Shown: positions 1 to 9,839 of the stretch, in pieces
Numbering within the stretch: position 1 is the first letter of the stretch
How the letters are laid out: the number at the start of each line of letters is the position of its first letter
Assembly (NCBI GenBank): GCA_023382875.1
Contig: JAHDXH010000001.1
Location: forward strand, 18,571-82,570
Origin: Patescibacteria group bacterium
Lineage (GTDB): Bacteria; Patescibacteriota; Microgenomatia; UBA1400; PJMF01
Direction: 5' to 3'
DNA: 64,000 nt
The notes under the pieces: generated by a model
Database searches by the model: none
What the model was told of the DNA's origin: nothing
Seen by the model: the letters and a program-made list of their open reading frames with translations, nothing else
Made by a program: the position numbers and the translations under genes

Positions 1-289
1 AGGTCAGAGGAAAAAGTACGATATTGAAACTTGGTTCCCTGCTCAGAAGAAATACCGTGAAACTCACTCAGCTAGTTACTTTAACGATTTCCAAGCTCGT
101 CGTTTGAACATTCGCTATCAAGCCAAAGATGGTTCACTGAAATATGTTTATACTTTGAACAATACGATGGCTGCGTCGCCTCGTCTCTTGGCGGCAATAG
201 TTGAAAACTACCAAACCGCTGAGGGCAACATTCGTATCCCAGAGGTTTTGCAACCTTACATGGGTAAAGAGGAAATTTCAGTCAAATAA
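1..289 (+). CDS. serS: Seryl-tRNA synthetase, C-terminal part (gene starts before the window)
   Basis: Frame open from position 2: KKYDIETWFPAQKKYRETHSASYFNDFQARRLNIRY...YTLNNT...PRLLAAIVENYQ...IPEVLQPYMG, the class II SerRS motif 3 region. Confidence 0.95.
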   Translation, partial: GQRKKYDIETWFPAQKKYRETHSASYFNDFQARRLNIRYQAKDGSLKYVYTLNNTMAASPRLLAAIVENYQTAEGNIRIPEVLQPYMGKEEISVK

Positions 290-305
290 ATGGTAGACTA
301 AGTTA

Positions 306-1844
306 ATGAAAAACTTTGTCTTGAAGCGCTGGTTGAGTCTAGGTATGGTTCTAGTGGGTGTTTTCTATCTAGTGACTCATGTTTTTAACTTAGTGGCTTT
401 GCCAGTTTTTGCTGACGAATCTATTTATATTCGTTGGGCACAGTTGATTATTGATGAACCAAAGCGTTATGCGATGTTTGCGCTTAACGATGGCAAGACT
501 CCCCTCTTTATTTGGTCGATGCTGCCGTTCCAGTATTTATTTTCTGATCAACTTTTTGCCGGTCGGTTGGTGGCGGTGCTAGTGGGATTGGCACAAGTTT
601 ATGTAATAGGTTGGTTAGTGGCTTTATTGGGAGGACGAAAAAAGACTCAGTATTTGGCCATGCTTTTGACTTGTATTTTGCCATTTTGGTTTTTCCATCA
701 TCGAATGGCTTTGATGGATGGCATGATGACTTTGTGGTTGAGTATCGCTCTTGGCGGCGCAATTAAAGTGGCCAAAGCCAAAGACACTAAAGAAGCATGG
801 TGGTCGGTGGATTTGGTGGGCTTAGGTTTTGGTTTAGCGATGTTAACCAAAATTCCAGCGATCTTGTTTTTACCGGTTTTAGGCTTAGTTGGATTCTTGC
901 CAGAAAAAGCGACTTTTAAAAGTTGGTTTGGCTCATCTTTTAAAATTGGTGTGGGTGTTTTAATCGGTTTGGTAATGTTTTTGGCTTTAAAATTGAGCCC
1001 TGCTTTTGGTCAGCTCTTTAGTCGGGGTGGAGATTTCCTTTTCCCTTTGTCAGAGATTTTGGCTGGGGCTTGGAAGCAAACGATTATTAGTTTTCCTAAC
1101 TATTTCAATTACTTTGTGTACTATCTGAGTTTGCCAGCTGTCATTTTGGTTTTAGCTAGTCTTTTTTCACCTAGGGGAAAAAGGGTTCATCACTGGTTGT
1201 TTTGGTCAGGGCTGATCTTTTTGTTGCCCATTATGGTGATGGGTAAGGTAGTTTACCCTCGCTATCTATTGGCAGCATCATTATTCTTCACCCTGTCTTT
1301 GGCTTTGGCTTTTGAAAATTTTTATGCCTTTTCTTTAAAGCAAAAAAACAATTTTAAAAAATTTTTCATTCAACTGCTGTTGGTTTTGTTACTTGGAAAC
1401 ATAGTTGCAGCCAGTGGGGTGAATATGGCGATGTCTTGGTTTAGTCCAGAAAAAATTACTTTTGTTAATGCTGATAAAGTTCAATATTTGCATGAGTGGT
1501 CGTCCGGCCATGGTATTAAAGAAGCTTATGAGCTAATTACCAATATGGCGAAAACTGAAAAAATTGCTGTGGCAACTGAGGGCTATTTTGGAACTTTGCC
1601 TGATGCTCTACTGATGTACTTCCATGGTCGTGATGTAACTAACTTATATATTGAAGGCATTGGTCAGCCTGTTAGTACGATCTCAGCAAGCTTTATGGAG
1701 AGGGCAAAAGATTTTGACCGTGTTTTGTTAGTTGTTAATTCACACCGTCAAAAATTACCGACAACAGTGAAAAAGAATTTACTGCTTGAAGTTTGTAGGC
1801 CTGACAACGCCCCTTGTTTGCAAGTTTGGGAGTTATTAGATTAA
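306..1844 (+). CDS. GT-C fold glycosyltransferase (family 39 / ArnT-PMT-like), polytopic membrane protein
   Basis: FADESIY acidic motif after TM1, DGKTPL, HRMALMD, many TM helices. Confidence 0.8.
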   Translation: MKNFVLKRWLSLGMVLVGVFYLVTHVFNLVALPVFADESIYIRWAQLIIDEPKRYAMFALNDGKTPLFIWSMLPFQYLFSDQLFAGRLVAVLVGLAQVYVIGWLVALLGGRKKTQYLAMLLTCILPFWFFHHRMALMDGMMTLWLSIALGGAIKVAKAKDTKEAWWSVDLVGLGFGLAMLTKIPAILFLPVLGLVGFLPEKATFKSWFGSSFKIGVGVLIGLVMFLALKLSPAFGQLFSRGGDFLFPLSEILAGAWKQTIISFPNYFNYFVYYLSLPAVILVLASLFSPRGKRVHHWLFWSGLIFLLPIMVMGKVVYPRYLLAASLFFTLSLALAFENFYAFSLKQKNNFKKFFIQLLLVLLLGNIVAASGVNMAMSWFSPEKITFVNADKVQYLHEWSSGHGIKEAYELITNMAKTEKIAVATEGYFGTLPDALLMYFHGRDVTNLYIEGIGQPVSTISASFMERAKDFDRVLLVVNSHRQKLPTTVKKNLLLEVCRPDNAPCLQVWELLD

Positions 1845-1858
1845 TCAATCAATCTAAT

Positions 1859-1887
1859 TTGACAGTTTGTTTTCCTGTGGATATAAT
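1859..1887 (+). promoter_or_regulatory. sigma70 promoter
   Basis: TTGACA-N17-TATAAT, perfect consensus upstream of the 1917 ORF. Confidence 0.75.
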
Positions 1888-1916
1888 CCCCTTCAATTTC
1901 GTACTCACGAAATTTT

Positions 1917-2678
1917 GTGATGTCGACTTGGAATTCAGTTTTTAATCTAGCTTTGCCCAAATTGTTGGCCAGTTATTTGGCCAAAGGTTTTTCACCTGTA
2001 AAATTTGACTCCCGCCTCCATGGTGGGAGTTTTTTCTCACACTCAATTAAGTCTCCCATTACTACATTACAAGTTTGTTTATCTGAATTAGAGCAAATTA
2101 CAAACTCTAGTCAAAAATTAGGTGGCGATCCAGTTTTACAAAAATATTTGTCTAGTGCTTATCTAGCAACTAAACAAATTAGTTCTTTGGTGGATGGTGC
2201 AACCTCTAGTGATCCTTATCAAAAAGTTCATGCGATTAACGTTGAAGAGTTTTTTAATCAATTGCAAACTTTGTTTGGTCATCATCACAAAAGATCGAAG
2301 ATAGTTTTATCGGTTAATTTAGTTTCCGGTAAAGAAACTATTAAAATGAATAAATATTTTTTCTTTGAATTGATGCAGTGTTTAATTAATAATGCTTTGG
2401 AATCATATAAAAAAAATGACAAACAAAAATTGGTTTTTGTAACTGTTGTTTGCAAAAATAAAAAATTAGAAATTCAAGTCCAAGACTTTGGTGAAGGGGC
2501 AACTTACTTAACTACTAGATTAATGTTGAATAAAGGTTTTACAACAAAAGATAAAGGTCATGGTTTTGGTTTGTGGTTTGTCAAAGATGTCTTAGAAACT
2601 GGTGCCAAAAGTAAGTTGAAAGTTTTATCTGAAAAAGGCTATGGCACTACAATTAGATTCAGTTTGCCGCTGTCTTAA
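1917..2678 (+). CDS. Sensor-less histidine kinase (HisKA-like + HATPase_c)
   Basis: SHSIKSPIT H-box-like, LINNALES N-box, DFGEG G1, FTTK F-box, GHGFGL G2, GYGTT. Confidence 0.8.
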   Translation: MMSTWNSVFNLALPKLLASYLAKGFSPVKFDSRLHGGSFFSHSIKSPITTLQVCLSELEQITNSSQKLGGDPVLQKYLSSAYLATKQISSLVDGATSSDPYQKVHAINVEEFFNQLQTLFGHHHKRSKIVLSVNLVSGKETIKMNKYFFFELMQCLINNALESYKKNDKQKLVFVTVVCKNKKLEIQVQDFGEGATYLTTRLMLNKGFTTKDKGHGFGLWFVKDVLETGAKSKLKVLSEKGYGTTIRFSLPLS

Positions 2679-3336
2679 ACTGATAGCCAAACCCTCTGAT
2701 CGTTGTTAACCTTTCTTGATATTTTCCCAAGTGTTGACGAACCCTTTTTATATAAACATCTAGTGCGGTTCGTGTGGGTGTTTCTTCTTTGCAACCCCAT
2801 AGCCAATTTTCCAGTTGTGCTCTTGTTACTACTTGATCATGGTGTGCGACTAAACATTGTAAAACTTGAATCTCTTTTTTTCTTAATTTTTTGGCTTGTT
2901 GATCAATCTCTAACAAGCTTTCATTGGGATAAATTTTGATTGAGTCGATGACTAAGATTTGTCTTTGGTGATGTTTGGTTTTGTTAGTTAGAGATTCGAT
3001 GCGAAGCTTCAGTTCTTGCGAAGAAAATGGTTTGGCTAAGTAATCATCGGCGCCCTTGCTTAAACCCTCTACCCTGCTGATGGTTTCTGACTTTTGTGAA
3101 AGAATCAAAACTTTGGTTTTGAATGAGGTTTCTTTTAAATATTCGGCAATTTCTAAGCCATCACCATCTGGTAAAACTCGATCAATAATAGCGAGATCTG
3201 GCTGATGAGATTTTAAATAATCGTATGCAGAATTAATGCGTCTACAAATTTTAGTCGTCATGCCACAGTTGTCTAAAAGTTGGCCAATGGTTTGCGCCAA
3301 AGTTAAATCGTCTTCTATGATTAGAATTTCTGACAT
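2659..3336 (-). CDS. OmpR-family response regulator
   Basis: ILIIEDD, IIDRVLPDGDG, GADDYLAKPF, winged helix ending TIRGFGY; start taken at ATG 3336 (MSEIL). Confidence 0.9.
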   Translation of the reverse strand: MSEILIIEDDLTLAQTIGQLLDNCGMTTKICRRINSAYDYLKSHQPDLAIIDRVLPDGDGLEIAEYLKETSFKTKVLILSQKSETISRVEGLSKGADDYLAKPFSSQELKLRIESLTNKTKHHQRQILVIDSIKIYPNESLLEIDQQAKKLRKKEIQVLQCLVAHHDQVVTRAQLENWLWGCKEETPTRTALDVYIKRVRQHLGKYQERLTTIRGFGYQFKTAAN

Positions 3337-3449
3337 ATAAAATCGCTTCGATCCTAAGGGACCGTAAATTATTTTCAAGTGCCGGTGTGGCAATAATTGG
3401 CGATTTTAAAAAAACAATCTTAAATTAATCTTTCGTTTATAATGCAAGT

Positions 3450-4130
3450 ATGGCAAAAAATACATTTGAAACTCAAGAACATCATGTTAACGTGACGAAA
3501 AGCAAAGAGTACGTGTCTGAAATATTTGTAGAAGCACTCCGTAATTTTGCTGAGAGATTTGGCGAACCAAAAGTTGTTTATTATCCGAGTTCTAGCACAG
3601 ATGTTACTCCGGCTGTTGCTTTTCCTAATGCTCGAATTATTTTTCTTGACATTGATCAAGATGCGATAAATAAGCTTAAAGAAAGTGGAAAGGAAGCGGT
3701 TGAGGCTTCAGCAATAACATATGTTCCAGATGTAAAGGTAGATTTATTGATTCTATTCAACCCAGCAATTGACGCCAAGCTTCCAGCCAGGCACGTAAAA
3801 CTAGGTGGTTTTGTTTTTTGTAATAATTGGCATGCAAGTGCTAAGCAGTTGGCAGAAAATGATGAATTTGAATTAGTCGGAATAGCCATAAATGAAAAAA
3901 ATTCAAAAATAACTTTTGTCACCGGTGAGGAATCACTAGATATTTGGTCTAGTGGTATTGCAGATGTGAATGTTGATAGTGGGTTTATTTTTCAAAGAAT
4001 TAAAGAAAGTCCTCAGTCTAATGAGGAAGCAATTAAAGAATATGAAGATTTAGTTGCAGAACGGGCTAGACAAACTGATGAGCTAATGAGTCGCTACAAA
4101 GAGGTTTCAATCAGTATTGACGATATTTAA
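3450..4130 (+). CDS. Hypothetical protein, possible SAM-dependent methyltransferase-like fold
   Basis: VYYPSSSTD / IIFLDID / VDLLILFNP pattern; TATAAT 6 nt before the ATG. Confidence 0.45.
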   Translation: MAKNTFETQEHHVNVTKSKEYVSEIFVEALRNFAERFGEPKVVYYPSSSTDVTPAVAFPNARIIFLDIDQDAINKLKESGKEAVEASAITYVPDVKVDLLILFNPAIDAKLPARHVKLGGFVFCNNWHASAKQLAENDEFELVGIAINEKNSKITFVTGEESLDIWSSGIADVNVDSGFIFQRIKESPQSNEEAIKEYEDLVAERARQTDELMSRYKEVSISIDDI

Positions 4131-4162
4131 ACAAGCTTGTGTGATGATGTTATCATGTAGCT

Positions 4163-5332
4163 ATGAGTGATAGTGATAAAGTAAATAATCCACGATTTTT
4201 GATAGTCCAAGTGATTGATAAGCGCGCCGATGAAGTTGCTGTTGCTAATGATTTGTCAGAGACAGAGCAGTTAATTGACACTTTTGGTGGCATAGTAATT
4301 GATAAATTTATTCAGCGACGCGAACACCCTGATCCAAATTTTTACATTGGCGCTGGAAAAGTTGATGAGCTAAAAGAGGTTTGCAAGGCAGAAAAAATAG
4401 ACGTAGTTGTCATTAATGGCCAAGTCAAAAGTAGTCAGCTGTTTCGTATCGAAAAGGAGTTATGGGCAGTCTCAACTAAGATTATGGTTTGGGATCGAAT
4501 TGACTTAATCCTCAATATTTTTGATCAACATGCTTCAACGACAGAATCTAAGCTGCAGATTAAGCTTGCCCGCGCTACGCACATGGGTCCTAGGATTTAT
4601 GGTTTAGGTAAAACTGAGCTCTCTCGTCAAGGTGGTGGTGTTGGTACGCGCGGCAAAGGTGAAACCAACATTGAGTTTGAGCGTCGCCAAATCAAAATTG
4701 ATCAGCAAAAAATCAAGCAAGAACTCAAAAAATTATTAAAGCAAAAACATTCCCGACTCAAAAAAAGAAATGAATTGGGCATTGGTCCCGTGGCATTGGT
4801 TGGTTATACCAGCGCCGGTAAAACGACTTTATTTAATGCTTTGACCGGCAAGGAAAAAGAAATGAATAAGGGTTTGTTTACAACTTTGGATACCGTGGTA
4901 GGAAAGTTAAAAACTCCTGTTTTTGATCAGCCGATTTTGGTTTCTGACACAATTGGTTTTATTAATAATTTACCTCCAGTGTTGATCGATTCATTTAAGT
5001 CTACTTTGCTTGAATCACTAGAAGCTAAGCTACTTTTGCATGTGGTGGATGCTAACGATCCATTTATTTTGGAAAAAATTGCAGTTGTTGAGGATATTCT
5101 AAGTGGTTTGGGAGCGAGACAGCCGATGATTTTAGTTTTAAATAAAGTTGATTTACTCGATGAGGCAAAGCAAGATTCTTTAAAAGAGCAAGTGAACGAA
5201 TTTTTTGAAAAAAATAATGAAGAAGCTGATAAAAGTAATTTGAGATCAATTCAATTTGTCTCGGCAAAATCTGGATTTAATCTTGATGGACTTAAGGAAG
5301 AAATCGTAGGATTTTTTGAGGAGAAGAGATAA
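4163..5332 (+). CDS. hflX: GTPase HflX
   Basis: GYTSAGKTT P-loop, FTTLDT, DTIGF, NKVD, SAK, SRQGGGVGTRGKGE. Confidence 0.95.
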   Translation: MSDSDKVNNPRFLIVQVIDKRADEVAVANDLSETEQLIDTFGGIVIDKFIQRREHPDPNFYIGAGKVDELKEVCKAEKIDVVVINGQVKSSQLFRIEKELWAVSTKIMVWDRIDLILNIFDQHASTTESKLQIKLARATHMGPRIYGLGKTELSRQGGGVGTRGKGETNIEFERRQIKIDQQKIKQELKKLLKQKHSRLKKRNELGIGPVALVGYTSAGKTTLFNALTGKEKEMNKGLFTTLDTVVGKLKTPVFDQPILVSDTIGFINNLPPVLIDSFKSTLLESLEAKLLLHVVDANDPFILEKIAVVEDILSGLGARQPMILVLNKVDLLDEAKQDSLKEQVNEFFEKNNEEADKSNLRSIQFVSAKSGFNLDGLKEEIVGFFEEKR

Positions 5333-5339
5333 AGTGTTG

Positions 5340-5410
5340 ATCCCGTGTCAGGATTCGAACCTAAGATAACTGATTCAGAGTCAGTTGTGATGCCACTTCA
5401 CTACACGGGA
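5340..5410 (-). tRNA. tRNA-Gln (anticodon CTG), CCA not encoded
   Basis: Reverse complement TCCCGTGTAGTGAAGTGGCATCACAACTGACTCTGAATCAGTTATCTTAGGTTCGAATCCTGACACGGGA folds as a cloverleaf; anticodon stem ACTGA/TCAGT, loop CTCTGAA. Confidence 0.92.
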
Positions 5411-5503
5411 GCGTTTCAAAGAAAATCCTTTGCTGACCTCAAGGCGTAATTATATACTCTACTGCTCCAATTTCCAAAATTAGTTTTTGCTATACTAAGC
5501 TAT

Positions 5504-5941
5504 ATGAAAAAATCCCCCTCCACCAGTAAGTCATCAGAAATGTCAGGTAAAAGAAATTTAGTCATGAGAGTTTACCTTTATATTTTCATGGGTATTGGTC
5601 TGGTGATGGTTTCAATTGGCGCTTTTGGTTTGGGTCAAAACATTTATAAATCAGCCCTCTTTCCTCGATACCCACTCGAATCATATAACGAAACCCGTTG
5701 TGACTATTTAGAAAATGGACCCTACCCAACTGACCCAGTCATGATGGGTAAAAATGATGCTGACACCAAAATGTTGATTGAACAAAACAAACAGCAAGCA
5801 GAAAAATGCCGTGCTTCTTTGGAAGAGGAACGAAAAATTAAAAAAGTGACTGATTTTTATAATTCATTAATTTTATTGGGAATTGGTTCAGTGTTGTTTG
5901 TCGGCCATTTGCTGGTCAACGTCAAAACTAATAATCGATGA
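5504..5941 (+). CDS. Hypothetical two-TM membrane protein
   Basis: Two hydrophobic helices flanking a loop with two Cys. Confidence 0.7.
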   Translation: MKKSPSTSKSSEMSGKRNLVMRVYLYIFMGIGLVMVSIGAFGLGQNIYKSALFPRYPLESYNETRCDYLENGPYPTDPVMMGKNDADTKMLIEQNKQQAEKCRASLEEERKIKKVTDFYNSLILLGIGSVLFVGHLLVNVKTNNR

Positions 5942-6654
5942 AACATTTTGTTAATCAAGACACATATTTAACAGAGTTTAACGTTCATAAGAAGTACGCA
6001 GCGTCGGAATTGATTTTAGATTTAGTTTGGACACATTGTAATATTATTGCCGATGTCGCGATCAATTTATATCAAAAAAATAATTTAGATCCTAATGTTT
6101 ATAACCTTGGAGTAGTTGTGCAAGCGGCCTTGCTTCACGATATTGGAGTGTACGTCTGTGATGGCTATGAATTTTTGACTGATCAACCTTCATTTAATAA
6201 GCCATATGTTCAGCATACTTTAGCTGGCGCTATGATCTTGCAAAAAGAAGGCTTTAGTTCTGACGTAGTTCAATCTGCTAATGTTCATGCTGGCGTTGGT
6301 TTGACGAGTGATGATATTCATAAATTTGGTTTACAACTTCCTGATGGCGACTACGTGCCCACTACCCCTGTGCAAAGATTTATTACTTACTGTGCCAAGT
6401 TCCACTCCAAAGCACCAAAGTTTAAAACTGTTGAAGATATTCGTGAGGGTTTAGGAAAATATGGCAAGGAAAAACAAGAAGCCTTCGATGCCTTGGTAGC
6501 AGAGTATGGTTCACCTGATTTAGACGACATTAAAGAAAAATATAATTCTTGGCACCAAGGTTTTGCTTATGAAGTGGCAAAAGCTACTAATGTTGGCAAT
6601 CTCCATGAAGCTGGACCAGAGCTTAATTCGGCAGGAATCGCAGTGACCAAATAA
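5938..6654 (+). CDS. HD-domain (HDIG) phosphohydrolase-like protein
   Basis: WTHC, ALLHDIG, YVQH, HAGVG, KFHSK; ATGA overlap with the previous gene. Confidence 0.8.
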   Translation: MKHFVNQDTYLTEFNVHKKYAASELILDLVWTHCNIIADVAINLYQKNNLDPNVYNLGVVVQAALLHDIGVYVCDGYEFLTDQPSFNKPYVQHTLAGAMILQKEGFSSDVVQSANVHAGVGLTSDDIHKFGLQLPDGDYVPTTPVQRFITYCAKFHSKAPKFKTVEDIREGLGKYGKEKQEAFDALVAEYGSPDLDDIKEKYNSWHQGFAYEVAKATNVGNLHEAGPELNSAGIAVTK

Positions 6655-6681
6655 ATTGCTTTCTTCATAATTGGAAAATTA

Positions 6682-8061
6682 TCACTCAAACATTTTTTTG
6701 GTGCGCATTAGCTTGTGTTGCTTTTGTGCAAAACGATGAGCTTCATCGCGTACTTGTCTAAGTAGGTTTAATGAGGGATGTTTGTCATCTAGCTTGAGGA
6801 TTTTCCAATCAATTTGCAATCGACCATTTTTTCCTTTGGTTACATTAATTGGCAAAACCAAGCGATCAGGATTTTTTTCTAAGCCAATTACTGGCAAGCC
6901 CCATTGCCAAACAGATAATACCGATCTGACTTGTCCTCTACCTCCGTCAATCATGACCAAACTCGGCTTACCCCATTCTGGGTGTTTTTGGCGTCTGGTC
7001 AAAGCTTCAGCTAACATTGCGAAGTCATTGGGAGTGTTGAGGCTTTTAATATTGAAAAGGCGATATTCATCGGTATCAGATTGTGCGTCAACAAAAGTCA
7101 CCATGGAAACAGCGGGGTTGGTGCCTTGAATATTACTGACGTCATAGCCTTCAATTCTAGTCATGGGCCAAGTTTTTGGCACACCCATATAATCTTGGAG
7201 AATTTTAGCTAGTCTGACTGCGCCTTCTAAATTTTGACTCAGTTGTAATTGGGGTAAAACTAAATCTGGTGAAAGGCGTTTTTTGGTGACATCGTCAATT
7301 AAATCAATTTGCTCTTTGAAAATTTGGGCTTTTTCAAATTCTTCATTTTGCGCTGCTGCGAGCATTTCTTTTTCCAAATTTATAACCACCTGTTTCTTCT
7401 TGCCGCGCAAAAATAAAATTAAATTTTTCAAATTAACTTGATAGTCTTCCTTAGAAATTTCGCCAACACAAGCTCCTGAGCACAAATCAATATGTCGATA
7501 AAAACAGGCTCGACCGCCATCGGGATTTTGACACCACTTGAAAATTTTTCTGACAATTTTCAAAACTTCTTTGGTTTTGAAAGCTGAAGGAAATGGTCCT
7601 AAAACTGTACCCTTGGGATTTTTTTTGACGACTTCTTTTTTGCGCAAAGTTAAAACGCGGGGAAATTCTTCATCGGTGATATGAATATAAAGTGGAGTTT
7701 TGTCATCTTTGAGTAAGATGTTGAATTTGGGCTGATGAGTGCGGATAAGCTCTGCTTCAACGAGCAACGCTTCTAGTTCACTTTCCAAAACTTGAAACTT
7801 TAAGGTCGCGGCACTAGTTACCAATTGTTTGATACGACTATTATGTCTACCAACTTGGGTATAAGAATGAACGCGGTTACGAAGTTTTTTGGCTTTACCG
7901 ACGTACAGGACGTCGCCGTCTTTGGACAAAAACCAGTAAACTCCCGGCAAGTAGGGCAACTGTGACCAATCCGGCTCCCAAGCCAAGCGCGACGACAGGG
8001 TTTTCGAGTCTGCTGAGCTCGTTGGGGACAACGGTGATGGCGACAGTGGTTGTTTGGTCAT
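6682..8061 (-). CDS. uvrC: Excinuclease ABC subunit C (short form, no HhH tail)
   Basis: PGVYWF...LYVGKAKKLRNRV GIY-YIG, UVR domain, RIEGYDVSN, MIDGGRGQ, RDEAHRFA. Confidence 0.92.
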   Translation of the reverse strand: MTKQPLSPSPLSPTSSADSKTLSSRLAWEPDWSQLPYLPGVYWFLSKDGDVLYVGKAKKLRNRVHSYTQVGRHNSRIKQLVTSAATLKFQVLESELEALLVEAELIRTHQPKFNILLKDDKTPLYIHITDEEFPRVLTLRKKEVVKKNPKGTVLGPFPSAFKTKEVLKIVRKIFKWCQNPDGGRACFYRHIDLCSGACVGEISKEDYQVNLKNLILFLRGKKKQVVINLEKEMLAAAQNEEFEKAQIFKEQIDLIDDVTKKRLSPDLVLPQLQLSQNLEGAVRLAKILQDYMGVPKTWPMTRIEGYDVSNIQGTNPAVSMVTFVDAQSDTDEYRLFNIKSLNTPNDFAMLAEALTRRQKHPEWGKPSLVMIDGGRGQVRSVLSVWQWGLPVIGLEKNPDRLVLPINVTKGKNGRLQIDWKILKLDDKHPSLNLLRQVRDEAHRFAQKQHKLMRTKKMFE

Positions 8062-9775
8062 GATAATTTAAATTTATTGTATCTCGTCGAGGCCAGAAAA
8101 AGCCGTCTGCATAAGCATTTATTTTAACTTCTTTTTTCTCAAATGGCATGATGGAATTGATCTCATAATCGTTTGGTACGCTCAACTTAGTTCGGCCATC
8201 TTGTGGCAATAGTGACAAGGTTTGATGATAAAAAGCTTGTCCCGTGCGATTAAAAATAAACAATTTAGTTGTTCCTGGAATAGGGAAACCTAATAAAGTT
8301 TGATTTTCAATTTTGAATTCAAAATCAGGTTTGGCACTGATAAACTGGTTGGCAAATTTAACCTCAATGTCTTTGGATTTGTCTTGGTTAGTAAGTTTAT
8401 ACGAACCTGCCGGATAAGGTTGCTCGCTGGAAAGACCATTGATAGCAAATACCACGTGATTTAAGTCAAATTGATTGAAATAGTCAACGCCACCAGAAGT
8501 TTTTTCCCAAGTTGGATCAACGCTTACCCAGGTATTTTTTTCTGCATCATAATACTCTGGCCAAGCATGAAGAACATCTTCTACAAAGCTTAGTGGTCTT
8601 AAAAGATCGTTCTGGGTATTGGCATAGCCAGTTAGTCGACGAGCCGGGACGTTTTTGGCCCGAGCAAAAGTGATGAAGAGATCAGTAAACTCTTGGCATA
8701 AGGCTCGATCGGGGGTTTTAAGTGCTTGTTCTGCTCCTAATCGTTCCACTTCCCCATTAATATTGTCAAAATCATAATTAAGATGTTTGACCACGTAATC
8801 ATAAGCTTCTTTGAGAGTGTCGAATTCTGGAATCAGTTTATTAATATTGCTGCTGCCGACTTGCCAATAGCTTTGTGAGCTTAGCCAATCTTGGTTGGGA
8901 CGGGTAAAGGGAGTGTTTGAATCTGGCGTTAAAGATACTTTGACTAGTATATGAGCATTCACAATCGTGGCACTGTTGGGTTCAAGTCTGTAGGTGGCAA
9001 TCCAATTGCCGTCAGCATCGGTTTTCATCACGCTTGGCGTAGGTTCTAAAAGTTTGTAGTCAACTTTCTGCCATGGTGTGTCTGGTGGCAAGGCAATTTG
9101 GCTAATCTTGGCGGTGTTGGTGGGATTGTCTAAGGAGTACTTAATATTAAATTCATAAATTTGAGTGTCACCAAAAATAAGTGAGGCGCTATTGCCGTTG
9201 AGGTTGTCGAATCTGGTCAGAATTGATTTGCCATCACTATTTAGTTGAGTCTGGTAGTTGTTGGGGTTGGCTCGAGTGGGTAAGCCAAAAGCTAAAGGCG
9301 AAATAATCTGGACGCTTTGACTATCAAATTCATCGTCACTGGCCTGCTGAGGAATAATAACCTCTAGAACCTGTCCACTGATATTAGCTACATCTGGGTT
9401 TTGGTAGGTAATGGTGAAGTCTCTGGATTTATTTTGACCAACTATTTGATCTGGGAAAGTGATGCCAATGTTGGTTTGATTATTATTTTTAACAACTTCT
9501 TTGGAAATTTCTTCGCCGGTGTTATCACGAATAACGACGTTGTCGATTTTTGATGAACTGAGCTTCAAGCCATATTGCTTGATAAATAAGGTGGGATTGA
9601 GGTTGGTAATTTGAAAGTGGTGAGAAACTTTGACATCGCCATTATTAGCAATGGTGTAGGTAGTATCGAGATCAACGGAAAAGTTTTTTTCTTGTGCCTG
9701 AATTGTGGTAGGAAAAATTATAGCAACTAAGCTTAAAAGTATTAGCCAACTTAATTTTCCAAACAAACGAAGCAT
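7895..9775 (-). CDS. Secreted, C-terminally anchored transglutaminase-like protein
   Basis: Signal peptide; ALCQEF (Cys), LHAWPEY (His), VDPTW (Asp) triad; C-terminal TM followed by RRRR. Confidence 0.85.
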   Translation of the reverse strand: MLRLFGKLSWLILLSLVAIIFPTTIQAQEKNFSVDLDTTYTIANNGDVKVSHHFQITNLNPTLFIKQYGLKLSSSKIDNVVIRDNTGEEISKEVVKNNNQTNIGITFPDQIVGQNKSRDFTITYQNPDVANISGQVLEVIIPQQASDDEFDSQSVQIISPLAFGLPTRANPNNYQTQLNSDGKSILTRFDNLNGNSASLIFGDTQIYEFNIKYSLDNPTNTAKISQIALPPDTPWQKVDYKLLEPTPSVMKTDADGNWIATYRLEPNSATIVNAHILVKVSLTPDSNTPFTRPNQDWLSSQSYWQVGSSNINKLIPEFDTLKEAYDYVVKHLNYDFDNINGEVERLGAEQALKTPDRALCQEFTDLFITFARAKNVPARRLTGYANTQNDLLRPLSFVEDVLHAWPEYYDAEKNTWVSVDPTWEKTSGGVDYFNQFDLNHVVFAINGLSSEQPYPAGSYKLTNQDKSKDIEVKFANQFISAKPDFEFKIENQTLLGFPIPGTTKLFIFNRTGQAFYHQTLSLLPQDGRTKLSVPNDYEINSIMPFEKKEVKINAYADGFFWPRRDTINLNYHDQTTTVAITVVPNELSRLENPVVALGLGAGLVTVALLAGSLLVFVQRRRRPVRR

Positions 9776-9839
9776 ATCTTCATTTTAACGAAAAACTGCC
9801 CGTGTGTCTTGGAGAGTTCGATCTGGTAGAATGTGACTT

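Noticed and set aside
5340-5500. tRNA genes as integration sites of genomic islands (also 37479-37566)
   Set aside because: No integrase and no duplicated tRNA 3' end seen in the window.
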